64,000 nucleotides of DNA from Marsupella aquatica. Taxonomy: Eukaryota; Plantae; Marchantiophyta. The notes beneath the pieces are model-generated. The model saw nothing but the letters and a program-made list of their open reading frames with translations. It was not told where the DNA came from and searched no databases. The translations under genes and the position numbers were made by a program. Of this stretch, positions 22,961-35,802 are shown piece by piece (position 1 is the stretch's first letter; every line of letters begins with the position of its first letter). The stretch spans positions 5,724,687 through 5,788,686 of the forward strand of contig OZ316895.1 in the NCBI GenBank assembly GCA_973895155.1, written 5' to 3'.

Positions 22961-25270
22961 GAGAAGAGTTAGTGATTTCATATAATTGCATATCAAAATA
23001 TGACTCTATGATGTCACCTCAATTCATAATCACTCATAATTCTGTGGAAATCACTGAGTTTACTCATAATACACCATAAATTACAGGGGTAGGGTGGAGT
23101 ATTTGGTTTATTAACATTTTGGAGGAAGGTTACTAGGAAATTCATTTGGAAATTCATTTATTGTTGTGTATTGGGCCCCTTCGTTCAATGTTGGGCGTTT
23201 GCAATGCTTGCATGTACTAAAAAGGAAGACATGAGTGTGTATATATTCACCTTTCCTAAAGGCTATCCATAGTGTGCAAAGTTTGCACACCATTTAGACA
23301 AACAGGCATAATCACCTAGGTACCTAGGTGTAGCAATCTTCATTGCAGCAAAAGAGCTTCTGAGTTCAAGTTTCACTGGTGAACAGTTTGTGGTTTGCCA
23401 AAGCCCTTTGTGCACAAATCTTTAAAAAATGAAGCTCGCTCACTCATCGCTGACCTTCAAGAGAGTTTGGTAGCAACACCCTAGGTTATTTTTGGCAGAA
23501 AAGAATCCAAATTCAATGGAATTTGTGGTGCCAGATTCACTCAATAAAATGGGCTAATTTGACCAGCGCACAGCGCCTATAGTAACTCATCTATATATAC
23601 TTTTAAGTGGAAAACAAGCTCTGAATCTAAAATGAAAAATCTTCAAGTTGGGGTGGGGTTGCGGTAAGGTTTATGGAATTCAAGCATCCCAAACATGTGG
23701 ATTGAATTTTTACCAGAGCGTAGAGTATTGGTATAACATCTTCTGGGAAACCTTTAGGGGTAACCAATGTCTGATTCACAAATGATTAATCTGCACATTA
23801 GGGGGGGGGGGAGGGGGAGGAGATTTTTGAAAATAATAATAATAAATGAGAATAATATTGAATATGTGAGGGAAATTCTCTCTGACAGTTATAAGTGAAA
23901 GTGTCTAAGTGCAGCTCTGAGGTAGACACCACCAGTCAGCACTTATCCACGTAATGGACTATGCTATAAGTGCATGGGTTATCATATATGCAGTTCTTTA
24001 TATGTGCATAGTCACTATCTTAAAAATGGAAAGGGTAAACAAGAAATGCTCTAAAAGTGGGACCCAATGAGTTATAACTGTCTACCTGTGAACCCTATGT
24101 CGTAATTAGGTTTGCTTTGCACAGGAGGCTAAAGGGTGGCGTCCGGCCCCAAACGGCCGTTCGATTCCCACCAGAGACTGCCGGCAGAAAGTAGACTGTC
24201 GTGGCATTTTTCCTGGCCGTGTGAGAACAGGGATACTTTTATACCATTTGCGCGCTCTTAATATAAGTTCTGGTGGGCCACGCCGCTAAGAAAAAGCACT
24301 TTATTACAGGAATGTTGATTCGTCACTGATTAATTTAACTTTGCTTGCATATTGGCAATAACACATTATTGAGGCTGGCACAGATGTAAGTTTTGTTACT
24401 CCGGATACTTTCTGATGTAAGATATGGATATTCTTGTGAATACACTCGGTAATACATACATATGAGATTGATGCGGACTTGGAGAAAAAATATATCAAAT
24501 CCATAGCATCTATAAATTTCAACCAAGCAAAATCATTGTGCAGGTTCATCAAACAATATGGTAAAAGCTTACAAGAGCACTCTCACTGGTGAGCACCATA
24601 CAACCGGGCCATTGGTCTTTCCTGCAAACCAGGCTTGCTCCCAAGCATAAGTGTTCAAGTAGCCACACACTACAGATAGATGATAGGACCAGAGGTGCTA
24701 CAAAGTTGTTTGATGATGATGCCCCCGCCTTGATTGGCACCTTTGGGCCCATCTCAACGGCTTGCAAGATGTGGGCTGATCCAACCATTACTGGAGTGCT
24801 TTAGGCTGGACACCATCTTAGGCTGGTTGGAGGCTCATTTGACCTAATGGAAACAGGAATGGAACACATTTCAGGGGCATGTGGCCCGTGCCATGGAACC
24901 CAATGTGTGGGAAGGGGCTCTTCCTCCATGTTTCCATTCTAGACTTTATAAGCTTACACTTCAGCAAGAATGGTCATTTGTAATCACACCATTACCCTTC
25001 ACTTGACAAGGATGACATAAGTTTAAGAGTGATAAGTTGAAAAACAAAAACTGCAGTTCTTGTGCTTTTGGTTGCTTAAAAGAATAACAAGTTCATCAAG
25101 ATACTATAATCATAAATAAATAACAAACCTGTCATGGTCCTTCTAGAAACTACAGTAGCACCTACATGAATATTTCCATTTGAGTGGTGACACAGTGCTG
25201 AGCCTTAATCCATCTAATTACAATTAAATTTCAGCCTCAATGAAATTAGGGTGGCTTTACAAAAAGTAGG

Positions 25271-25408
25271 GAGCACTTGTGACTTGTTTCACCAAAGCTA
25301 ACTGGAGGGTCACTTCTTGTATTAAAGATAAACTATCAGGAGCACTTGTGACTTGTTTCCCCAAAGCTAATTGTAGGGTCACTTCTTGTTCTAAAGATAG
25401 ACCATCAA
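25271..25408. repeat. Tandem duplication, 69-bp unit x2
   Basis: gagcacttgtgacttgtttc.ccaaagctaa..g.agggtcacttcttgt..taaagata at 25271 and 25340. Confidence 0.85.
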
Positions 25409-26133
25409 CTCCTAACCAAAAATCTTTTGAAATCAAGTTTAATAAATGCAGTTGATGGAAGTAGCGAAAGTTTGGAAATGTCTTGAACACCTGTGGAGAT
25501 GTTCTAATGTTCTAGACAAAAGAAACACTCCACATCAATATTTCCTTGGGCCCACTGCTTGCATTGTAAGACTGGGAGACATTTACCACCTTACCTCAAT
25601 GGGCCCATGATTCTTGTAAAGCTAACTGCAGTTGTTCCACTCATTATACCATCCAAGTTTAATCTTCACAAGGAATAAAAAGAAAGCTGGGCCCTACATC
25701 TTGTCAAGCCACACTTGCTGTTTCTTTGCAACACGAATAACTCCAAATGGTGGCTACCATTCTTACCCAAACAAGTTACTTCACTATGAGGTGCTGAAGT
25801 ACATGTAGTCATCTGGTCTCACCTGGCTTACAAAATGCTACATACCCTGTTTATTTAGTAATTTCTGGAAAACCTGCTGCAAATCAAAGATATCAAAGGG
25901 GACAAGGCCAGACGGTCGCATGCTCCCCATCAATATACTATTACATTGCTACTATAATACTCCTATGATATGAGAATTTAAGATTTGAGCATGGTATGAT
26001 TGCATATTATATATGGGGTATGCATAGGAAAGTAGTTGCAATTTCAGGGGCTGCTTTCCGATCCAATCAGCTTTGTAAATCCTTCTAGTAGCACAGTGCA
26101 AAGTGTCTTTGAAACATAAACCAACCTTACACC

Positions 26134-27287
26134 TTTTATCCTTGGACCCCGTCCGTCTTTAGGCAGACCTTGCTGGGCGTATGCACGCTTTCACCCTCTC
26201 CAGCATCATCACCGAGGCACCTGACACGGACCGAGCTCAGATTCTTTCTTCCGGAGGGAAGGGCACAGGAGGCTGGCTTCAGGCCAATCCAGTCATTCCT
26301 CACTTGCAGATGTCTTCAGCGGAGTTTGCGACAACCATGCATCTTCGTATGGGCTTGTCCCACCCACTTCTTGCTGGTTTACCTCCTACTTGCACTTGTG
26401 GGAAGCCTTGTGATGCCACAGGTGTCCATCTTCTTCGATGCAGTTTGGGCGGCGAAACCATTTTTGTTCACGACGCTGTGAGAGATGCGACTGCTCAGGT
26501 TCTCTCTGGCTCTTTGGTCTGCGTGCGGCGGGAGGTGGTGCTCGAGTTACCTGGTCCTCCATCACAGCGGTTACGGGTGGATCTTACCATGGTCCGTGAA
26601 GGTCACCGTACTTTGGCAGATGTAGTGGTGGCAAACCCATTGCGCCAAGACATCATTGGGACAGCGGCAACAACGGCAGGGGCAGCAACATCACGAGCAG
26701 CAACAACGAAGGAGGCCAAATATGCTGCACGAGCTTCATCTGATAGCTTCCTGCCCCTTGCTCTTGAGATATTTGGGTGTCTCCATCATCAGTTCGACGG
26801 GCTTCTTCGCCAAGCTGCTCGGGATGTTCACGGCCGGATGGGTCCCACCGGGCCCCCGCTATCTGTTTTGACCACGCACTTTCGCCAACGCATTTCAGTC
26901 ACCTTACAGCGTGCTCAAGCTCGGGCCGTCTATCGTCGATCTCTGACAGTGGGTGCTAGTGTGACTCCGCAGCGGCTAGCCCCCCTAGAGGACATTCCTG
27001 TCCCACTTGCCGATCTAGTTTCGACACTTGATGTAGACCACTAGCTTGTTGTCACATTTGCTAGGAATGATGAGGACCTCGGTCCATTTGTGGTAGTTTT
27101 AGTTCCTCTTTCTTGGTTTTTGGGGGTTTCCTTTTGCTCACTTCTTTTAGTTCCTCTTTCTTGGTTTTTAGGGTTTCCTTTTGCTCACTTCTTTTGCGTT
27201 TGGTTTTGTCCACTTGGGACCTCTCTTGTTTATTCTTTTGTACTCTATTTGGCCTTTTTCTGTAAAAAGTATGTGTATATTTCTTCG
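26134..27287 (+). mobile_element. 5'-truncated non-LTR retrotransposon of the restriction-like endonuclease (RLE; CRE/R2-superfamily) type
   Basis: Encodes the C-terminal CCHC + RLE region. T-rich 3' UTR with a 48-bp duplication (~27100-27195). Candidate 7-bp TSD TTACACC at 26127-26133 and 27288-27294. Confidence 0.8.
26181..27044 (+). CDS. C-terminal part of RLE non-LTR retrotransposon ORF (zinc knuckle + PD-(D/E)xK endonuclease)
   Basis: MHLRMG, CTCGKPCDATGVHLLRC (CCHC), HDAVRD, RVDL...ADVVV, KEAKY, PLALEIFG, FRQRISVTLQR in the canonical RLE order; RT domain absent. Confidence 0.85.
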   Translation: MHAFTLSSIITEAPDTDRAQILSSGGKGTGGWLQANPVIPHLQMSSAEFATTMHLRMGLSHPLLAGLPPTCTCGKPCDATGVHLLRCSLGGETIFVHDAVRDATAQVLSGSLVCVRREVVLELPGPPSQRLRVDLTMVREGHRTLADVVVANPLRQDIIGTAATTAGAATSRAATTKEAKYAARASSDSFLPLALEIFGCLHHQFDGLLRQAARDVHGRMGPTGPPLSVLTTHFRQRISVTLQRAQARAVYRRSLTVGASVTPQRLAPLEDIPVPLADLVSTLDVDH

Positions 27288-27584
27288 TTACACCAAGCAA
27301 AACCCACATGATGATTGATGGTCTCCATATTTCCTCGTACCTATCATCTGCTCATTCTTTGGAATAAACCACCAATCATCCAGGTCAATCTGTTCCAGCC
27401 CATGATTTGTTGCTGATACAATTGCAACTTTTACTTTTTTCTTGAAATTGATAGTCACACCTCATTTTGTCTCTACTATTGTCCTTCACCATACCTATCC
27501 CTGAAGGTCTTTTAGAGCATGTTTTACAGAAAGTTGTCAAAATATATGGAATCTATATGCAAAGTTGCCTAACCAGAAATGATT

Positions 27585-27720
27585 GGTGGCTCTCTCTTGA
27601 CAAAAAGTGGCACTACATGACAAAAGCAAGGAAAGGTTTGTATGCAGATATTTTTGGCATGGATATAAAAAAGTTTTCCAAAGTTTTTTTAAAGGAGTAC
27701 CAACTCCTAGGAAAAGCATG
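27585..27720 (+). pseudogene. Possible remnant of a retroelement integrase zinc-binding (H2C2) region
   Basis: HDKSKERFVCRYFWHGYKKVFQSF resembles the Ty3/gypsy ...T..RL...YFW.GM..DV..Y pattern; short and frameshifted. Confidence 0.3.
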
Positions 27721-27904
27721 AATTCCAGGATAGGTCTATTAACACGAAGGAGAACAGTGCACAGCAGCAGCAGGGAGTCCACAATCATGGTGGAAGATGT
27801 CACAACTCTTTGCTGTCAGTTCGGCTCAATTTTGTTTCATTGTCTTGAAATGAAATGAGGAAGAACACTTAGTAGACTCTCCCCAATTGTGACATACAAT
27901 CATT

Positions 27905-28148
27905 GTAGGGAACCCATCTCAGGGTGAGCCCCCATGGACGCGCCCTAGGAGGGAGAGAGTATTAAAGCAAGGCCACAAAGTGGTCAACCAGGGGCCAAGA
28001 TCATCAAAACTCCCATCCACTATCCACAAAACCCATCCCGCCCACACACATATATCCTCCACACCCGTGCATGCTGAGGTGGGGTTTGGACCGGGGACTT
28101 TTCACTTCCAGGCTCATCCCCGACCTAAGCCAGTTGGATTAGTTGACC
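27905..28148 (-). mobile_element. Putative tRNA-derived SINE (degenerate)
   Basis: Minus strand starts GGTCAAC-TAATCCAACTGG (A-box-like, 28130-28141), with CCGGTCCAAACCCC (B-box-like, 28081-28094) ~36 nt downstream. GC-rich body. TSD not resolved. Confidence 0.4.
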
Positions 28149-30138
28149 TGTAAGTTCAAGAAGCTCTGTTGGACTATTCTCGAATGAAAGGTTTGGTCTG
28201 ATTTCTAGCAATGCCAAGCAATCTTACTTTAATGATCTCGTCGATTTGTGTTGCATCCTCATTACTACTCATGTTGCCATTTAAATCAAACTAAAAATAC
28301 TAGTGCAAGCACTGCTTAAGCATTCCCAGCCCCTCGGATTGAATGAGCACAACTACATTCTCCTCCTGAACCTGTGATCCATGTCCCAAATTTGTGATTG
28401 TCCGGAAAACCTTAACAGTACTCGTGCCTCTTCTCAGAAACCAGTGCTCATGTACAATCCATCATTCCAATAAGGAACAACTTCTCCTCAGTCCTGCAGA
28501 ATCCACTTCAGGACTGTCGGATGATTTTCCAGTACACTTCGAGAGTTTAGCTATCCCATCGTATTATCAACGCTGGACTAAGTTTTACACTTTTCAGCCT
28601 GTCCAGGAAAAAGTCCCAGATGCACAGTACGGTATGTATTTACCTCTTGTCAGTTTGGTTTTCTAGTAATAAATCTCTTCTGCCTGACTTAATAATCACT
28701 CACGCATAGCATTATGGATTCACCCCTGCTACGAAGCCCTTTGGAGCAAGACAGTGAGTGCTCCACTCACTGTCAATCTGAAAGGTGTTTCCTGGATTGG
28801 AGCTGTGAATCCTTTGAAGGAACAAAGTCGTTTTGCTTTGTTGAAGCTATATTTGGGTATTCTGCATTGGAGCCACTCTTTCGGAGGTTCAGTGAACAGT
28901 ATCAAAGCCGTAAATGTTGAACGTAGTTGGAAACGCAACAAGTAGAATGAGAAGTTGTCTGAGCATTTCCAGAAAGCATCAATTTCCGGAGAGCATCAAG
29001 AAAGCTCTGGATTGAAACCGAGTTTCCGATAAAATTGCAACCAACATCTGATCATCCGATCAATCGTGCACGAAATAAGGCCTTGCCACTTTCGGTAGCT
29101 ATATGTGAAGAAAACATTGTCTGAAGTGATCGAAAGGCATTCATCTCGTGGCCTTCACCCCTTCAGTGGTTCCTAGTGCCGCTGCTAGAATTAGACCATG
29201 CCCAGAAGTGTTGGGGCCAAAGGGTCCCAATTACGCAAGGCAGAATTTACGTCGTTTGCATGTATAATTCGAAACAACTCAATTCAGTCTTTGAGGGAGT
29301 TCTCTTCACATATTTCCGGTAGATCTTCGACATGCAACCCAGAATCAAATTTTGGGTCTGTGATGGGACCGAGGTACTCTTGAATCTGAAGCTCCACATA
29401 CAATCAAGACGGGGACCAGAATCATGTAATTATGTATGTATATAAGTTGCGGAAGCATCACTAGCTTTCAAAGCAGATACACTAGAAGGCATGATAATAG
29501 ATTTGATCAGATCGATTTCCAGAATTTAGTACCTCCATTTTGCCACAAAACAAAGGAGCTTCGTTGCAAAAACCCCCCAACGAACAAACTTAGAATAATT
29601 ATCAAAATTATCAGGGGTCTTTTTTGAATAATTTCTAGGTTTTCATATTACTACAATATCTATTTAGTATTTGTTCCAAAGGTTTTTCGTAGTTGACTGG
29701 TTTCCGTAGCGCCTCCCAAGAGTTCAGGTGGTCGGAGATAGGAACAGGTCTGTTCTTCCCGAAAGATGCTTACAAGGTATGATTGCTGTCAATTGCAGCA
29801 TGGTATGGCACGCAATATGTACATATCCTGAGAAGGCACAAAGCCAACATTTTGGGTGCCGTTGCATCCATACATTTTGGATACCTCGACATAAATCAAA
29901 CCTCGATGTACATATGCGATATTAGTCCCCCGATTAGTCCGAAACATATAGGCATAAACGCTGAACGTTGAGTACCAAACCTCAAGAGGCACAAATTATG
30001 CCACTTTCTGGAAATCACTGCAATGGGATAATGCATCGATCTCATAAGTTTTGTCCTCGCTTGCTGCTGAATGCATCGATCTCAGATTAGCTTTCAGTAA
30101 ACTAGCAGCAATTTGGCAGGCATATATACGAGATCCAT

Positions 30139-33100
30139 ATGGCTCGAATTTGGAGAGATCACCACAGCCGTCCGGTGAAGTTTGACCTTCTCACATACAG
30201 CCGATGTTTCTGCTTGCTACTGATGGCCCACTTTGCATCATCGAGTCACATAATGACCAACAGACTTGCTTATCCCTGTACGAAAGAAGTCCAAATCTAC
30301 ATCCACGGTAAATCATTGAATTATGTCTCACAAATCTTACCTATTCATAGTTTTTCTGTCCACCTTAGTCTGAACTCCTCTCTGTGATTATTTTGTCGGA
30401 GTGGTCTTCATCAGTTATATTGGTCGGGCGACAAATTCCACATGGCAAATTTCTCCCAAATCCTTTAGACAAATTATGATGGAAGCCCCCAAATTCTGTT
30501 GTTGACGGTACCATGTTTCAAAAGTGAAAACGTGTCCCGGATTAAACGGTTTTTTTGTTTCGACACTTTGTGCTCCTCGAAATAGACATCGAGTAAAATT
30601 ATTATTAGGTTGCAGAAGAGACCATGTCATACCATGATCAATTTCTTTCCTTTCTGTCATTCAGGCGTAGTCACTGTTGAATTAAGCTGTCTCAGAAAGT
30701 TCATACTTAGGCTGTCCAATATCCTTGTTCATGAACACAAGCGCTTCCAATCTCAATCGGGAGTGTGGAACTTTCAACCGTGATTTTGGCAGTCTGACAT
30801 TCACAGTACGTCCCCTAGGATCTATTTGCCAACCAGGAGCAGGCTTGTCACTCAAAGTTTAGTGTAATTAATTTAAGTTCGCAACCCTCAATTCTGTCAC
30901 AGGTAGGTCTCAACTACAAGGGAAGAATTTAATCTATGTTAACTACACATAAATTGCTTCTTAGGTCAGGGATCGCAATGTGACTTAATGTGGACAACAT
31001 GTATTACAGAAGTGCTTTTGCTTTAAACAAAACGGGGAGAATCGTCTGAAATATTCAATTAAAAGGCACCTACTAAGTATAGTTCTGATTTCACGCCCCC
31101 AAGGTAGCGAAGGCAACTGATTGAAGGATCTCAAACACCGAAAATAACCCAGAACCCGATTTCAAAGGAGAAGCTAGTTTGAAATCCTAGGTAGTACTGT
31201 CTCTGAGTTTATCATTCTCCGGCTCCAAAGGTTTCTCTTTGAGTTAAGAAGGCCCTATGGTTGGGTTTCAAAGTAGGTAAATCGATAGCTTCATGCACTG
31301 CCTCTCTCGTCCCCGATCTACCTCGGGAGGTTCACAGATTGAAACCTCATCGATTGACTTTTCTGCAAGATCTGTCACAACTGAATGGACAATCATGGTT
31401 ATCTATGTAGCTGACTACATATATTCAGCTACGACGATTCTAGGCTCAGAGAGAGAAATTTCATGCAGTTACTCAGTGAGTCCAATGTGTGTGATTTTGA
31501 GCCTTTGTTGACAAATTATCTATGTCTAACGGAAACTGCACATCTGATGATTCACACAGAACATCCCTCAATCTTTGCTGCTCCTTCTACTAAGTCACCC
31601 CCGGGAACTTGGAAAGATTCAACTGGTCCAGCCCCATCACCCGGCCCAATATCAGCAAGAGTACCATGCTGGAACCATCCGGCTGAACCCAATTCAGCCG
31701 AAAGCCCTCTCACAAGTACTGCTCCTACCCCAACGCTAGGGTTTAGCTACCCTTCACCGAACACCCCCACAGCTGCTGCACCATCACCAACACCGGTTCC
31801 TACTCCCTCACCAGAGCCAGCTCTCCAAGCCACGCCAGTCTCTGCTACTTCACCGACATCAGTTTCAGGTCCTTCCCCAACAGATGAACAACAAAATCAA
31901 CCGAAGAAAACAACTCCAGCTCCAGCTCCCACACCGAGTGCAGTACCGCTTGCCACTCCGCCTGAAACATATCTATCTGATCACTATCCTCCATCCAACG
32001 GTGCCATGTGTTCTGTTCCCAAACGAAATGAGACCCCTGCTCCATCTCCAACAGAGGTACCATTTCCAGGACCTAACTCTACTTCGCCAGAAACATCTTT
32101 GTTTAATCATCATCCTCCACCCAACGCTGTTCCAGGACCTGTTCCCACTTCGCCTGATCAATATCCTCCACCCAGGGGTACTATGGTTCCTGCTCCCTCA
32201 CAAGTGATTGAAGAGGCTCCTCCGGGGGCTCCTGCCCCCTCGCCAGTTACTCAAGGAGCTCCGGTTCCATCTCCAATGCAAGAGACTCACCAAACGCCAA
32301 TTGTCAATGCTCCACCGCCACCAAAAGAGCATCATCATCTTCCCCCACCAAACTCTGCCATGGCTTCTGCTCCCGTGCCTACACAACGTCCTAGCCCCGC
32401 ACCGTCGTCAATGGGACAGCCTGGAAGTAACAATGGTAAGTCACCTGGGCCTGAAGCTGCCCTGGCGCCGAGTCCTTCACAAGGAGTTCTTACCCCGACA
32501 CTTTCGACAGAACCAGAATGCATGAACAATAAACCTACTCCTACGAATAATTCCAGACCGTCGCCTCCCATGGTTTTTTCTCCACCACCAGCTGGTCAAG
32601 AACCAGGTAAGCAGCTTGTGCCCGGATCCTTTAGTTCTCTTTCTATAATTCGCACCATCAATACAGCTAGCAAGATCATTGAAACTTTACCGAGTAATTT
32701 CTCATCCTAGACTGAATTCTCTTATGACGTTCACAAATCATGTTGTGGCTAACCGCTGAGGGTGATCTAGAGGAAGGGCAAGAGTAAGTCTGACCACGGA
32801 GCATCTCTGTGCCAGAGTATTGTATCAATGTCTAAAAGTGCTGCTATATGGAGACCTGCCTAGCCGTTCTGCATCTGTACAAAAACATTTACATAAAGGC
32901 CTAATTCTCATCAACGGAGGATTTGAACCGTCTTTTAGTAATGACCGGTAGAGAAGGAAATATCGCATTGGAGAACTCGTAACCTCGGATGAATGTTGCT
33001 CACTAGTTTGTAAGGAATGCAAGGCAAAGTGAGAGCCTGCAAAGATATTTGCAACATAGGAACATGAATACTTAAATGAAATACGCGCAAGCTCGACTTG

Positions 33101-33800
33101 GGTCGCTCATCTATAACACAACACTGCATCCTGTTGCAGTATCGTCCTATAAACAGCATCATCCATAAGGATTTGCTCAGTCAATACAAGGATGCAGAAA
33201 ACTTTCATGATCGAATCGGAGGTGTACTAGATGTACTCACGTGTATAATTCATGAATTTGTTTTTACAATTCTAACATGACATATTTGCGTGATTGTGAA
33301 GGGATAATTCATGAATTTGTTTTTGCAATTCTAACATGACATATTTGCGTGATTGTGAAGCCCCATCGATATCTCCAACAAGCAAACCTGGAAGCCAGCT
33401 TTCCCCATGGTCAGGACCATCACCGAATAATTCCATAGAAAACCCTGCTCCCGAGCCCACTCTTGCCCCACACACATTGGCCCCATCGCCAAAGGATCAA
33501 TCTAGAAACCACAAACAACCCCCACCTAATTCCGCCACGGCTGCACCTCCAGGACCAAGCAAGAACAGTATGCCTCCTCCACCTCCATCTGCGTCTCAAG
33601 CAGCTCAAGGACCATCTGTCTATGGCGACTCTGATCCAGAGTGCCTGGCCTGCACCTACGATTGTGCAGATTTTGGTGCAACAAAACAAGGCAACATCTG
33701 TTGTCTCTCTTGTTCCTCTGGACCCCATTTAACTGGAGAGACCGCCATGCCAGTAGACTCATTGGAGAACTGGCTTCAGGGGCAAAGACAACGAGATTGA
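30139..33800 (+). CDS. Secreted proline-rich AGP/extensin-like protein with Cys-rich C-terminal motif; predicted exons 30139-30307, 31560-32606, 33361-33800 (551 aa)
   Basis: Both introns are GT-AG and phase 1, and the exons join in frame (cacg|gtaaat, cacag|aa, ccag|gtaagc, gtgaag|cc). CTAAC branch sites precede the acceptors. Hydrophobic FCLLLMAHFASS near the N-terminus. Abundant PAPSP/SPT/AP/TP. Tail CLACTYDC...CCLSC. Confidence 0.75.
33245..33360 (+). repeat. 59-bp tandem duplication of intron 3' end (branch point + AG)
   Basis: ataattcatgaatttgttttt.caattctaacatgacatatttgcgtgattgtgaag at 33245-33301 and 33304-33360. Confidence 0.92.
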
Positions 33801-35802
33801 CAGCATTTGACACATGATATTGTAATTTGTACACTACCACCAAAAGCTGCTGCTGTTTGTTGTTTTTCAAGCTGCTGTTGTTAGCCATAAAATTGTTCAA
33901 CTACGGCAAGGTCCACTGGAATAGGGGCAATCACAAGACCAATGTTGGAGACAAGAAGAAATGAGGCACCAGAGAGACTACTCACATCATGGCAACCAGC
34001 CTAATCTATTGAAGGTTTTTCTTTTTCGCCAGGGTAATTAGTGTTACCTTGTGAAGGAGAATATGCTACGAATACTCCTTATTTAATTTTCCTAGATTAA
34101 TTTCTGATGTCAAATCTACCTGGATTTAAGAATATATGTTAGATTCTGCCTAATGGGGTGCTGTGGCTACGAGAGAAGCTGGCTAATGGATGACAAAGAA
34201 GGTAGCCAATTTTGGCCAAAGTGGCTAAGACTTTTCAGAGAGGTGGAATCTAAATTTTTGCCTCTTAAAACAAGGCTGATGGCAACATTCAACGCTTCAA
34301 TGAATTGACCTTGCCACATTCTATTGTTTTCAGAAAGTAACACTCCTCGTTAGTACTCCCAGGCATCAGTTGCTATAGGTTTGTCCTTCAGAAATTGTTT
34401 CGCAAGCTCCAAGCAGTCTTGATCAGGGTCTTGCATCTCCACCATAAAATCAAGGAGCTTCGATAAACATTTAATTCTACCAGTCAGAGAATTTGTTGAA
34501 CCTTAATATTTCTCCATCTAGATCACCTGATTGTTGGGTTTAGTGGAGGCACCAGTGATTTCTCTTGTATCTTGGGCAGGTGGCTATGGGGAGTTGAGAA
34601 GCCTCTGCTTAGCCAAAATGCTCTACTTGATTTGTATGGTCACATGGTGACCGGTAGATGTTTGTACTGTCAGATCTAGACAGTTGATTTTGGAAAACAA
34701 GTCACTAAAATCTTTTAGAAACCTCTTTATATCATTCACAAACCCCTTCATCTGGTAGAAACTGCACAAAAAATGCACTGAAAGGAAACACTAGTGGAGA
34801 CACATCTGTGCTTTGGCCAGGGTGGAAATTGTTCTGTTCAATTTTGGGTTTGTGTACTTCTGTATGAATTTTGGTCTTCTAAGGGGATACACATAAGGAG
34901 GAGAGTACAATTAACTCTATTTAACTGCACACTCTGGAAGATGAATCTGGTTTGCACTAAAGCAGGTTATGCAATACTTGATAAGCTCAAACCCCCAAAA
35001 CTTGCACTTATCAATACGTGTGCATAATTTACACCTCTTTGTTAAATGTGCAATTATCCAGGGTCTACAAGAAAATGTTATCAAGTTGTGTTGGCCATGG
35101 GGCATTGAGTTCCATGAAGTGAATGAACAACAATTATAGGGACTCAAATCTGGACTCAAACATGTCACATGCATGTCTTAAATGTTACAATGTACCTAGA
35201 TGACACAATGAATCCTTAAACACAAAATTTATTACAAAACTGCAACAATTTGGGTCCAATACTTCATGAAAATGGAAGTTTTCTAAAGTTGCTATTCCTC
35301 TCAAGCAGCTGACTACACAACTTCTTCAGTACCGATGGCATTGTGGATTGAGGTGCCCCCCTTGACTAGGGATTTTCTGGCCTTTGGGCCTGGCTGGTTT
35401 ACTTCATCCTCCAGTGCCTCAACATTGCATTATATACCAATATAAGTCCATTTGCACTAGAAGAAATGACCGTACCATGTTAAGGACACCTCCCAAGGTG
35501 AGCTTTAACTTTTGCCCGTAATAAACAACTTAGGGTTTAACCTCTGTTTGCAATGGTGCAGTTTCGCAGAATTTTGAATCAAAATTCAAAATTCAAACAA
35601 AAATAATCTTGCTATGAATGGTATGCCTAGGACCAAATTGTTACAGCCAAAGTTTCGTGACCATAACATTGATTTTCAGCTTTAAGATGCCCTAACGATG
35701 TTTGCACACAATCCCATTGTGATCTGGTCTCTAGAATTGATAGCCCAATGCCCATGCGTAATACTATGAATGTTGTTACAGCCATGCAGTTGTTATGAGA
35801 AC

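Noticed and set aside
24130-24300. B-box GTTCGATTCC at ~24158 suggesting a tRNA
   Set aside because: No convincing A-box or cloverleaf stems
24400-25800. Possible hAT/BED transposase remnant on the minus strand
   Set aside because: No intact motif, TIR pair or TSD could be established
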